From: the human T2T-CHM13v2.0 reference genome, Homo sapiens
NCBI RefSeq assembly: GCF_009914755.1
Contig: NC_060939.1
Length of the DNA: 64,000 nucleotides
Reading direction: 5' to 3' (one strand)
In this document: positions 17,195 through 34,985 of the stretch, piece after piece
How the letters are laid out: the number at the start of each line of letters is the position of its first letter
How positions within the stretch are numbered: the first letter of the stretch is position 1
Notes under the pieces: generated by a model
Told to the model about the DNA's origin: nothing
Seen by the model: only the letters and a program-made list of their open reading frames with translations
The model's database searches: none
Made by a program: the position numbers and the translations under genes

Positions 17195-18400
17195 ACCTCG
17201 TGCCCCTTCCAGCCATCACGTCATTCTCTGTTCCCCTTTGCAACAAAACTCCTGAGAGGACTGTTTATACTGTCTCCAGCTCCTCACTTCCCATTTTCTG
17301 CCTAACCTACTCTAATCAGCTGAAATCACTCTTGGCAGGGTTATCGATAGCTTCCACCTTGTCAAGATTAAAAATCAACTCAAAGTCTTCATTATACCTG
17401 ACTCTCAATAGCATTGAGCATAACTGACCACTTTCCACTTTCCATAGTTGACATTTCCCACTTCTTCTTTCTTGAAATGTTTTGACTTGACTTTCAGAAT
17501 ATAATGCTCCTTCTTTCTCTTCTAATTCCACTGACAGCTGCTTCTCAGTTTCATTTTATGCTTTTTCTCTGCTACATCTCTACATATTTGAAGATTCCAG
17601 AGCTCATCCTTGTACCTCTCTTCACAGTCTACATGCCTTCCTAGGTAATCTCACTTGATCTCTCGATTTAAATACCATTCACTCTTAACTTGCAAATTTA
17701 TGTTCAGCAAGCTGTTCCCTCACCTCCAAATTCATATTTCTGTCTACTCTATGACACTACTTGGATGTCTTGGAAGTCCTCTTGGTTGTACCTTCAAAAA
17801 TATATCCAGAATTTGACCATGTCTCATCATGTCCTTTGCTACCTCCCTGGTACAAGGTACAATTCACCATCGCCTCTTGCCTGGACTACTGCAAAAGCCT
17901 CTTCATCTATCACCTTGCTGCCTATTTTACTCCAACCACTGCCAGAAAGAGTTTGTTTTTTTAAAATGTAAATCAGATCACAACCTCCTGCCACCACCTC
18001 CGCCTCCCCAATCTCATTCAAAACTCTCCAAAGGCTTTCCATCAAATACCAGCTGAAAAAGTCTTCGCTCAGTCTCTAAAGCCCTGCACCATCCTGTCTG
18101 GCCTATCTTTTTGACCTCATTTTCTACCACTTCCCTCTACTGTGCTTAAGGCACACTGGTTCACTCTTGTGTTCCTCCAACAGGAGATACTTAGTGCCGA
18201 AAACAATGCGTTCCCTTGCTGAGAATGTTCCTTCTCTCATAACTTGATTATTTTTCTTCAAAACATTCATCAGTACTTGACATTGTATCTTTAGTTTCCC
18301 TTTACTAGATTATGTGCTTCATGAGGGCAAGGACTTTTTCTTGTTTATTGCTGTGTCCCAAACACCTACAACAGCCATTCGCTGTTTCACAAGCGCCCCA
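17195..18400 (+). mobile_element. L2 3' region
   Basis: ctcttgcctggactactgcaaaagcct...aaaatgtaaatcagatca...catgagggcaaggactttt. Confidence 0.75.
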
Positions 18401-20351
18401 AAAGGGAGGCATATAGTATTTGTCAAACAACTGAAGAACATCATTTAAAGGTCAGGCAGTTCAAAGTGCACAGTTTCTTTAAGGGCTTCAAACTTAAGTT
18501 CATGAGCCTGTAAGTAATGTTAACTAATTCAAGATGTTTACAAGTATGCCCAAACTAACCTGCTCTTCCAACTTAGCAAGTACTATCAGGCATCTTTTTG
18601 TCACGTATTAGCTAACAACAACATCTATGTTACACAGCCAGCCAAAATTAAATTTAGAAATCAGTCCAGATATCAATTTCAAAATAGAACAATGACCAGA
18701 ACCTGAAGGATAAATACAATGCTAGGAAAATAAAACACACTGAAAATGTAAAAATGAAAAAAAAGTTTAAAAATGTAAAAAATGTTTTACAATGTGAAAA
18801 AAAAAATTGCACTGTCCTACATTTCAAACACTCTAAAATTAACTTACTTTCTATTGATGGGAAAGCACTAATTAGCAGCTTCGGTGAAAATATTAAAATA
18901 TGTATTTTTCCTCTACATTCTTATCCTAGTAATCTCAATATTTTTTCAAAGTAAAAAATTGCCCCAAAATAGTTTTAGATTTGTGGTTCTTAAATTTAGT
19001 TTGTATAAGTATCACTTAGGGAGAGTGTTAAAAATGCTACCAAGGTCTCACCTCCAAATATTACGGTATATAATGAGGATGAGATCTACACATTTCATAA
19101 GCACCCCAGAAGATTATAATGCAGACGGCCCACAGATCATTTTGAAAACTACTTCTAGTCTAGAAAATCCAAATGAACTATACCCAATCCTCCTGGTGAA
19201 CTTTAAACTAAAATGACCTGGATTTTAGCTTTTGAGGTCCCCCCCCTTTATAAATGTAACTGAACTAAATTACAGAAAATATCAGAAACAAAGAATAAAG
19301 AAGAAAAAAAGGTACTTTCATCTCACTACTCCAGGTGACTTTGCTTAGCATTTTGGTATGTTTCCTTTTATCCCGGTCTCTAGGTATATGTTTGTTCCAT
19401 GTCTTTTCACGTTGTAACCATGGTGCAGTTTCAAGTGCTATCCGTCATATTTAGTGACCGCATTATATCTCATCAAGTGAACCTACCACTGTTTAACCAT
19501 TCCCTACAGCTGACTACTTCCTCACTACTATAAATAAAGCTGTAAATATTTTTGTATGCAATTTGCAATACTTGAATGCTTCTTACGTGTGGAAAGAAAA
19601 TCTATAGCACCAAACTGTTTTCCAAAAGGGTTTTTACCACCATCTTTGTCAGAAAATGCTGTTCAGATGTTACCTTTAAATTTTTTGGTGGGATTAATGG
19701 AAGGAAAAAATACCACTGTCTTTTAATTTGCACTTCCTAATTACCAGCCAGGTAAAACATTCGTTAATTAGTTGTATTTTTTCTTTCTCTAAGTTATCTA
19801 TCCTGTCCTTTATCCATTCGTCAATGGAATCTTATTATTTGTTTCTAGTTGTGTGAACTTTACATTCATTTTCTTGTTCATCTTTCTGATTCAACTGTGA
19901 ACCTTTGTATCTAATTCTGTCCCACTGACCTGCCTGTTTTTGCTTCAGTACTACCCAAGACTCTGCCATTTTAATAACAACACGTTCTACTCAGGCAGCT
20001 ATTTAAAACCATCTTAGTACAATGAAACAGACATGGTCTTCAGTGTGAGTTAGCTGTTTGTTACCTTGGGCAAGATACTTGACTCTTCTGGGCCTCAGTC
20101 CCATTTGTGAAATTGGGGTAAACAATTCTTACGCCTCCCTAACAGGATGGCTGTGATTAAAAGCTAGTAATGCCAAACAATCACCTTTTCATTAGATGTC
20201 AATCTACTATCCTCAAATAACCAACAAGCAAATTCTAACATCAAGGGAGGGATTCATTTATAAGCAAATGTGACCTTGTGTGTAGAAACACAAAGCAGGT
20301 AAAGCCTCACTTGTCTGTTTTCGTATTTACTTTCCTGGGTCTTGACAACTA

Positions 20352-20686
<335 letters not shown>

Positions 20687-21076
20687 CGGGGGGAAGGGGG
20701 TGACAATAACCCCAAAACATCAGTCCTGCAAGATTTTTCAACTACTCTCTTCCCCCAAACAAAAACATAAAACTTCGCAAATGGGCAATCAGGACAACCT
20801 GATCTGCCCCTCTATCCTTGCCACTTGTCTAATTCTGAAGTCTGAGCGACAATCCATAATTGGAATGCGAAACGCCTTTCAATGGTAAAACGCACGCTTG
20901 CCTAATGAAGACACTAACGTTTAGTTGGCGACTGAGCCGTCCTGGTTCACAGATTTCGATTTCGACCCTCCGGAGCATCAACGGCTCGGGAGGAAACTGA
21001 GGCCCCGGGCGGGTCAGAAGAGCCCAGCCCAAGGTCATCCGGGAGTCCGGGTAGGCCGGGCCCCGGGGATCTCCCA

Positions 21077-21110
21077 GCCCGGCCCGGCCCGGCCCGGCCC
21101 GGCCCGGCCC
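21077..21110. repeat. (GGCCC)n pentanucleotide repeat, ~7 units
   Basis: gccc ggccc ggccc ggccc ggccc ggccc ggccc. Confidence 0.95.
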
Positions 21111-21124
21111 GCGCTGCCGCTCAC

Positions 21125-21525
21125 CTCAGCAGCGCCAGGAAGGCTGCGGGCTCCACGTCCGGCAGCTCGATCTCGGCCGACGTGGTGGCCATGCCGCCGT
21201 TGAACATGGCGTCAAAGACGGCGCTGCCGGCCGCCAGCACGAAGCGGTGGGCGGGGATGCGCTGCGGGCCCCCAGCGGCGGCGGCGCCGCGACCCTTGCC
21301 CAGTACGAAGCGCACATCGCTCAGCAGCTCCGAGTTGAAGAGGAAGGCGAAGCGCTCCTTCAGCGACGCCTTGGTCGCCTGCCAGTTGTAGAGAGGTTCC
21401 CGCTGCAGGGGGAGCAGGGGCCCCAGAGAGGACGGTGAGGGCGGCGGCGGCGGCCCCGCGGGGCCCGGCTCCGCCTCAGCCCCCGACGCCTGCTCCCCAG
21501 CTGCGGCAGGCCCGAGTGAGGCCAT
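21125..21525 (-). CDS. BTBD1: BTBD1 coding exon 1 (Pro/Ala-rich N-terminus and first part of the BTB/POZ domain), 401 nt
   Basis: Translates [22 protein letters not shown]...[32 protein letters not shown]...[48 protein letters not shown] is in a strong context (aggATGg). Donor AG|GTGAGC starts at 21124. Confidence 0.98.
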
Positions 21526-21549
21526 CCTCCAGCTGCGCGGTTGCCCAGG

Positions 21550-21573
21550 TTATGGACAAAACTCCGCCGCCAT
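21550..21573 (-). other. Upstream ORF (MAAEFCP*) in the BTBD1 5' leader
   Basis: gcgATGGCGGCGGAGTTTTGTCCATAA on the minus strand. Strong Kozak context, in frame with the main ATG, ends 24 nt before it. Confidence 0.6.
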
Positions 21574-21708
21574 CGCCCAGGCCGCCTCCGGAGGCCGGCG
21601 CTGCCTCCCTGCCTTCCGGGAAAGGCGCTTCCGGGGGCCTCGCGCCTCCGCAGGCCCCTCCCTGACCGCGCGCGCCCCCGCACGCCCGGGTTGCCGCTGT
21701 GCGCGGCC

Positions 21709-21789
21709 GCGGGAGGTGTAACAGGACTGGACTCCCGGCAGCCCCAGGGCAGGGGCGTGGGGAGCTGGTCCTAGCTCAGCGCTCCCGGA
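21709..21789 (+). ncRNA. MIR4515: pre-miR-4515 hairpin; mature sequence AGGACUGGACUCCCGGCAGCCC at 21723-21744
   Basis: Matches the recalled miR-4515 sequence. Visible stem AGGACTGGACTCCC/GGGAGCTGGTCCT, closed by outer CGGGAG/CTCCCG. Confidence 0.85.
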
Positions 21790-23253
21790 GGTGGAGCTTC
21801 TGCAGGCTGGGTGCTGCCGGGCCTACGGGCACCCACCCCCTGGCTCAGTGCCCTGGGTATTCTGACTCAGTAGGTCTGGGGTAGGGCCTGAGAATTTGTA
21901 ATTTTAAGATGCATCGTGGATCTGCAGGCGGCTCTCACGGCTGCCTTTTTCTTCCTGCAGGCCCCTTATCACCAAGTCCAGCGCCCCCATTGTGTATCTG
22001 GGACATGTCCCAAGGCCTGTCCCGAGGAGTGTTTTGCCTGGAAGTGGAGGGGCAGGAAAGTATGGCCAAGGGAACACGTGAGGGAGGGGATGACATGACT
22101 TCCCACAACCCTGTACCCCAAGCGTGGCCAAGTCGCCGCTCCAGAAGGCCGCGAAACCCGTGGAAATTCCGGAAGCAGAGGTGGAAGGCTTAGAACCCCA
22201 GTGACCTCTCCCCAGGTCCGCAGGTCCCTTTCCCTTCTAATTGACCCTTTGGTTCCGTCCTCTGGGCCTAAGAGACATTTCCTTCTACTGCTTCCACCCC
22301 TGTATTTGAAACCCCTCGTGCTTGCCCACCTTCTCTTGTAGCGCTTTTCAGTCCTTGCACTGAACCACTGCCTAAGCTTGAAATTTAAAAAATTAAAAAC
22401 TAAAACACACACACAATGGAAAAGGCTGTATTATCCCTTCCCAGGCAGTATTTACAACCCGGTCATCATGATTGGGGGACCGAGGCCTTCCTTTTTCTCC
22501 CTTCAGTGAGGCAGGCCCTGAGTTAAGTCAGCTGTCAAAAGCAGAACGTAGAAAACCCAAGAAATAGTCCTTGACCAGGCACGTATAGTTGGAAACACCT
22601 GTTCTTTGCAGGAAGAGCCTTACAGATTACAAATGCCGTCAAGTAAATAGTAAACCCCAAACCTGGGTTTCTCCTGTAAAATCACTCCACTTGTGAAACC
22701 ACCAGAGGGGACTTCCAGCTGTTAGGCATTTAGAATGGTAACTTCTTTGGGAGAGGAACGTGCTTGGGAAGAGACTTAAAGTAGTAGGGGCTGAAATAGT
22801 GGATGCACAACCCCTTCCCCATTGCCAGCCGGCAATTCCTAAAGACAAAGGGACATCATGCTACTAATGATACCATTATCACACCTAACAAAATTAACCA
22901 TATCATCAAATCATCTATATATGATTTTTTTTTTTTGAGACGGAGTCTCGCTCTGTTGCCAAAGCTGGAGTGCAATGGCATGAAGTCTGCCTTCCGGGCT
23001 CAAGCGATTCTCCTCCTCAGCCTCCCGAGTAGCTGGGGTTACAGGTGCGTGTCACCACATCCAGCTAATTATTTGTATTTTTAGTAGAGACGGGGTTTCA
23101 CCATATTGGCCAGGCTCCTCTCCAAGTCCTGACCTCGTGATCTACCCGCCTCGGCCTCCCAAAGTGCTGGGATTACAGGCATGAGCCACCACGCCTGGTC
23201 CTATGTATAATATTTAATGTACAGTTAATATTTGTTTCTCCACTTGTCTCTAA

Positions 23254-24132
<879 letters not shown>

Positions 24133-24993
24133 AAAAATATCTTTCACAGATGACTTTTTTTCCAATCCAGGATCAAATCAATGTTCACATATTATTGACT
24201 GTGTTGACTTCTTTGAAGGTCCGGGGAATTGTGGAGTATAATGCTCCACAATCTGGATTTGTCTGGTGGATTCTGTATGATTCATGGTTAGATTCCAGGT
24301 TAAACATTTTAGGCAAGAATATGCTGGTGATGTTAAGTACTTCATTGCCTCACTTCAGAAAGCGTATGTTGGTGATGCTAAGCTTGATGACCTGGTGAGG
24401 CTGTGACTGTCAGATCCCTCCATTATGAAGGTGTATGATTCTTATGTAATAAGTAATCCATGAGGGTGATGCTCTGAGACTGTTTGACCAGTCTGTTTCC
24501 CCAAAAAGCTTTCACCTACTGATTTCAGTATCCATTGATGATTCAGAAAATTAATTCACTTACTACTTTTAAGTGTCATCCCAGGTATTCTAATGCAGGC
24601 CTTTCATAGATCACACTCTATAGTATACTATACTAGCTAGTTTAAAAGGAAAGAGATTAAAAAACATAGAATTGGACATAAGAAAGGATATATAAACATA
24701 ATTGTGGAGTTTAAAAATATGAGTAATTCTATTAGTGGCTTTGAAAATATCAAAGGAATGTACTCGTCTAGAAAACCTGGACAATTCAATTATCTATACA
24801 GGACATTAAAACTTTCAAAATAATAACCTTCAGGGAAGACTGGTTCCAGATGAGCTCGTTAAACATGTTATTATTGTTTTAAAGGAAATGTTTAAAATAA
24901 TACATGTTTGTTATAGAAGTAAGTAGACTTCCAGTTTCAGCCATAATGTACCAACTTGTCTAACCCTCCCACCAAAAACAACTATACAAGCTG

Positions 24994-24995
<2 letters not shown>

Positions 24996-25029
<34 letters not shown>
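24996..25029. repeat. (GT)n microsatellite
   Basis: Read directly. Confidence 0.95.
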
Positions 25030-25032
<3 letters not shown>

Positions 25033-25049
25033 CAACTGTTTGAAGGCAT

Positions 25050-25733
<684 letters not shown>

Positions 25734-25895
25734 TCATGCCTGTAATTGCAGCACTTTGGGAGACCGAGGTGGGCAGATCACCTGAGGTTAGGAGTTTGAG
25801 ACCAGCCTAGCCAACATGGTGAAACCCCATGTCTACTAAAAATACAAAAAAATTAGCCAGGCGTGGTGGGGGGCGCCTATAATCTCAGCTACTTA

Positions 25896-26000
<105 letters not shown>

Positions 26001-26110
26001 TCAAAAAATATATAAATAAATGAATTTTTTAAAAAAGAATAAAAGATGGCCGGGCACAGTGGCTCATACCTGTAATCCCAGCACTTTGGGAGGCTGAGGC
26101 AAGTGGATCA

Positions 26111-26407
<297 letters not shown>

Positions 26408-27055
26408 TCACTCCAACTTTTCCTCTGAAGGCATTTTCTAATTTGTTGCTTGTTTCCCAAGCAGAAAGAAATAAGGAGACAGAGTATGAGGCTGCCCAAG
26501 TAACTGGGGGAAAGTCCTGGAAATGAGGAAACTGCAGAGACATAAATCTAAAAATCTGCAAACAAATTCACTTCATGCTATTGGATAACTTCTAAGCTGC
26601 CCTGTGCAGGGAGAAACAATGGCAGCTGAGAGACTAAGAGTTAAGTAGAGACTTCTATGTGCTGCACAGTGCTGGAGAGATGGAGGCTATGGTTCAAGCT
26701 CCACCAGGATGGGAGAGCCTTGGCAAACACGAAACTTTTGGCTGAAATCCCATAGGGACATGCCCTAGAAAAAAGAATTATACTTTACTAGTAAGAACAA
26801 AATTCAATAGCTTAAAACTAATCCTTGACAGGTTCAAGGTGATCTGTTTGAAGACATATGTGTTGTCCTACACTTTTTCATCTACAATGTTGTCAAGAAA
26901 ATTAAAAATTATGAGGCATATTGAAAACATGAGAGAGAGGGAGAGAGAGAGAAGATAATGGAATCAGTTCTATAGGATTCAGGTATTGAATTTATCAGAC
27001 AAGGACTTTAAAATAACTATGATTGCACTTTGGGAGTCTGAGGGCAGGTGGATCA

Positions 27056-27337
<282 letters not shown>

Positions 27338-27760
27338 CTATAATTACTGTATGAAAAAAATAGAAAAAAGATGAAGAATTTTACCAGAGAATTGGAATCT
27401 GTGCAGAAGGGTCAAATGGAGATCCTTGACCTGAAAAAGTACTATAACAAATTAATAACTAATTTGTGTTTAATAGAAAATTAGATATAGCAGAACAGAG
27501 GATTAATGTAACTGGAAGACAAGCCTGTAGAAAATGTTTAAATTGAAACACAGAGAGAAAAAAGCATAGAAAATACAGAAAACAGGCCAGGCACAGCAGC
27601 TCACACCTGTAATCCCAGCACTTTAGGAGCCCAAGACAGGCAGATTGCTTAAGGCCAGGAGTTTGAGACCAGCCTGGGCAACATGGCAAAGCTCCACCTT
27701 TACAAAAAATACAAAAATTAGCTGGGCATAGTGGTGTCCAACTGTAATCCCAGATACTCA

Positions 27761-27940
<180 letters not shown>

Positions 27941-28059
27941 CTAACATATGTATAATGGAGTCATAGAAGGATGATAGAGAATGAGGCAGAAGAGCATTTG
28001 AAAAAAATACTGGCTGGAAAATTTCCATACTGATGAAATATATCAAACTACAAGGAAAT

Positions 28060-29649
<1,590 letters not shown>

Positions 29650-29830
29650 GATAACAGTGCAGGATTATTTGTGATAATAGAACATTGGAATAGGCTGAGT
29701 GCAGTGGTTCATGCTTGTAATTCCAGCACTTTGGAAGGCCGAGGTGGGCAGATCGCCTGAGGTCAGGTGTTTCTTTTCTGTCTGAGCTGTATCAGACATT
29801 CAGAGAACTGCTACAAATTTGTGCCCTATA

Positions 29831-30185
<355 letters not shown>

Positions 30186-30319
30186 TCACACAAGGGTATG
30201 GTTATAATCAATAAATTATCAAGAATGTTCCTGAAAGGAGAAGACTTCTGTTTTCACCAAGTGTTAATGAGAATCAAATCTTTTGTTTACAACTTTATAC
30301 TTTGAAGGATTTTCCATAG

Positions 30320-30607
<288 letters not shown>

Positions 30608-32440
30608 TAAAGTGCTGGGATTAGAAAAACATAAAATAAAGTAAAAATAAAAATAAAACAAAATAAAATTAAAAAGAAACACAAACTGAGAAGAATGTTT
30701 GCATGATTTATGACAAAGGCATGATATCCTTAATATATAAAGAGCCTTTACAAATCAATAGGACAAATACTCTTTCTTTTTTAATGGACAAAAGACACAA
30801 ACAGGGAACTCACAGAAGTATAACCTCTCTGAAGAGCAATTCATAAATGTGCCCACAGTTTAAAACCTACATATCTTTTGTTCCAGTAATTCTACCTATG
30901 GTATCCTAAAGAAATAAGAGCTGGGTGTAGAGTTAAAAGCAACAATAACAAAGATATCAAAGCATTATAATATTTTTTAAAATAGAAACAACTTAGATCA
31001 GTGGTTAACTAAATTATGGTATAATCAATCATATGATGGAATGATAAATATCTGTTGAAAAAATTCTATTGATGTGAAAAAATATTCTCAACCCATAATG
31101 CTAAGTAAAAACAGGCTACAGAACGAGACGTGTAGCATACCATTTTGTCTTTTGGGCTCAGAGTATACCATTTTGTTTTAAATGCCACATACACACACAC
31201 ATATATGTGTATAAAGAGACAAAGTAGGACCACTGTTATCAATTTGATATATTGCAGGATAATGGGAATGTGGGTGATTTCCCCCACTTTCTATTACTTT
31301 TCTTTTCTTTTTTTTTTTTGTGAGATGGAGTCTCGCACTGTTGCACGGGCTGGAGCGCAATGGTGCAATCTCCGCTCACTGCAACCTCCGCCTCCTGGGT
31401 TCAAGCGATTCTCCTGCCTCAGCCTCCTGAGTAGCTGGGATTACAGGTGACTGCCACCACACCCGGCTAATTTTTTGTATTTTTAGTAGAGACGGGGTTT
31501 CACTATGTTGGCCAGGCTGGTCTCGAATTCCTGACTTTGTGATCTGCCCATCTCAGCCTCCAAATCTATTACCTTTCTTATTTTAGAGAAAGAGGTTTTT
31601 TTTTTCTTTTTTAAATAAAAACACTGTGAGATTTGACTATATACAAATTTTGAATTATCCAACTGGTCAACTATAGCAGGGACTCTAGGCATGTCTATGC
31701 CATAGAATGCAGTTTGTTTCCTTGACTTCCTCTGAAATGCTGTTAGGTTTCACCTTTCATTTGATTAAATGCAATTTAATTCAGTTCGATGCTCATTGCA
31801 AGGCAGTTAGAGGTGAGATTCCAAAGATGACTAGAAAATGTTACTCACCCTGAAGAAGCTTATAATTTAGTAGAAAAGGGGGAAGCCCACTGAAGCCTGC
31901 TCAGCTAGAAATAAAACTCTTGATGTTTGGTGGATTTGAAAAAATAAAAATGCAGCAGCAAAGGCAATTTGTCATACCCTAGACTAAATTCAGCTTACGT
32001 TGGAGCTCTTCTTTCTTTGCTTGTCATTGCTTTCTGGAATCCAGCCTAGGAAAGTAATATATGTCACCATGTGTGCTAGTTTATAATTAGAACAAATGTG
32101 AGGACTTATAAGAAAAAGACCTATTGGCAAAAAACATTGAGTAAAATTCTAGAAAAGGCAGTCAGGAGAAAGAAGAAGGAAGAAATCTATTTTGGAAAAT
32201 AATTTAATGCCAAAGAAAGATAAGACATTTAAAAAGCATAAAAGGCAATTATTATGCCCTTAGGATTTTTATATTTCAGCGAGTGCATGAAAATATAGCT
32301 GCTATTGAATTACCCTCTATTTGAAAGGATGAGTATTGTAGGTATAAATAGAAGCTAAGGTCAAGAAGCCAAAGGCAGAAAAAGACTCACACATCCAGCA
32401 GAGACCGATAAGCATGTAAAATAATATCCTCTATTCATAA

Positions 32441-32774
<334 letters not shown>

Positions 32775-34805
32775 TGAGGTGATCTGCCCACCTCAGCCTC
32801 CCAAAGTGCTGGGATTATAGATGTGAGCCACTGTGCCCGGCTCCTTCCTATAAATCTAAAACCCGCTCCAGCATTCAACACACTTTACTGTAACACTAAC
32901 ACACAGTAGAGTCTGATTTCTAAGATCTCTGAGCCCATAGGGTTAATTTCTCCCAATACTTCCCCTTTTTTCAACTGAGAATTCACACTTTTCAGAAAGA
33001 TGTGTTTGACCTAAGCCCCAAAACCCAACACTCCCTCTTTCTCCAAGATCTAGAGTTTCTGAGAAGCCTTTCCCAGAGGCATGGCCCTAGGAATTAAACA
33101 AGCGAACAAACAGAAAAAGGGTCACCCCTAGTGTGAAGCAGCTTGATCCCCCCATCTTTCCACCCCGTCTCCCCATGGTGCAGACCGCCCCCATCTCAGA
33201 TTTCCCACCATCTGCCTGCCACGCTCAGCACAGAGCCGCTCAGCCTTCCTTCTCTGCTGTCCTGTCTTCGACCATCCCCTTGCCCATCCCCTCTGTCTCA
33301 GGCTCCTATCCCAGCTGTCTGTGCCCAGCCACATTCACTGATGGCTCCCCCACTGTGCCACACTCCATTGAGTGGCAGTGCTAAGTGAGTTTGCTGCCTC
33401 TTCTTCATCCTTCTCTGAGAGGTTCTCTTCTTTATACGTCACTCCCATGACTCAATGGTCAGACCTTTTCTTCAAGAAGAGGATAAAAAAGGGACCAGGT
33501 GTGGTGACTCACGCCTGTAATCCCAGCGCTTTGGGAGGCAGAGGCAGGTGGATCACTGGAGGTCAGGAGTTCGAGATCAGCCTGGCCAACATGGCGAAAC
33601 CCCGTCTCTACTAAAAATACAAAAATTAGCTGGACATGGTGGTGCACACCTGTAGTCCCAGCTACTCAGGAGGCTGAGGGAGGAGAATTGCTTTAACCTG
33701 GGGGCGGAGGTTGCAGTGAGCCAAAATTGTGCCACTACACTCTAGGCTGGGCGACAGAGGAGACTCCGTCTCAAGAAAAAGATGAGTGGAAAGAAGGACC
33801 TGTCAGTTCCCCAGGTCCACTCAGGTTCTCTCAGTTCGCTAGCTCTTTTTCAGACACGCCTCATCTGCATGTTAGAGTAAATATCTCTGTTCTGCCTCAC
33901 CTGGGAGCCACTCTTCTGGGCTTGAGTAAGAATTTATTTAATAGCTGATACACAATTTTAGTCTGTGACCCATCTGAGGGATGGGCGACACGTCTACCCA
34001 TCCTAAACAGATTCTTGGCACCTTTTCCCTGATGAATTCGACATGTGGGTGGGAACAGGAGATACTGTCTATCTGTGCCCTTTATCTTTTTGGATTGAAG
34101 AGGTGGAAAATTCCTGTTCCTAGGTTCCTTGAGGCAATAACGTTCCTTCGGATCCAGTTTTCTTGGGATGACTGGAGGAAGCTGAGGTTTGTAGCTTCCA
34201 AAGAGCCTTGGTTTCTTAACCCAAGCATCTGTTGCACTGGCTGGCACCAGGGTTCTAGGCATGGTTTATATTTACTTCCATCCCACCATTTTTCTTACAA
34301 ACTCCAGATCCCACGATGCTCTCATGGACTCCCTGAATGTGTCATCTTATATCAAAATTTCTCCTCCTTTCTTCTGGCCCTGTGAGAGTATGCCTCTGCT
34401 TGGACCAGTAGAACTGAACTAAATGTTGGTTCGTATTTAAGTAAATTATGTCCAGCGGCTTGTTACATAAAGAGGAGTGTGGAGGGGAGATTGATTTGTT
34501 AATGAAATGGAAATAGAAGGCAGGACAGCTTATTTAGAAGCAACAATAATACCAATAAGCATATTTACTTAACGTATTGAGGTCATTATTTTTGGTCATC
34601 CCTCCTCCTCCTCCTCCTCTTCTTCCTCCTCCTCCTTTTGACATTACACTTATTTTTTTACACATTTCTCTTTCAAAAATTCCATTTTTTTTTTTGAGAC
34701 GGAGTCTTGCTCTGTCACCCAGGCTGGAGTGCAGCTGTGCGATCTCAGCTCACTGCAACCTCCGTCTCCCAGGTTCAAGCAATTCTGCCTCAGCCTCCGG
34801 AGTAG

Positions 34806-34985
<180 letters not shown>

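Larger units (their letters stand above)
20900..21830. promoter_or_regulatory. BTBD1 promoter/exon 1 CpG island
   Basis: Very high GC and CpG density. ETS-type CCGGAAG motifs (minus strand, ~21613-21634), GCGCGCGC runs, no TATA box. Confidence 0.9.

Noticed and set aside
21360-21884. Several overlapping ORFs in the BTBD1 island
   Set aside because: GC-rich alternative-frame artefacts with no recognisable domains.
22699-22716. Overlapping CTCF-like and NF-kB-like motifs
   Set aside because: The CTCF core has a mismatch at a key position, and an isolated motif is expected by chance.
24619-24632. 14-bp palindrome TATAGTATACTATA
   Set aside because: Short AT-rich palindrome with no supporting context.
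33897-34385. 121-aa and 134-aa ORFs on opposite strands
   Set aside because: No recognisable protein similarity or gene structure. BLASTX/Dfam would be needed to exclude a decayed pseudogene or ERV.
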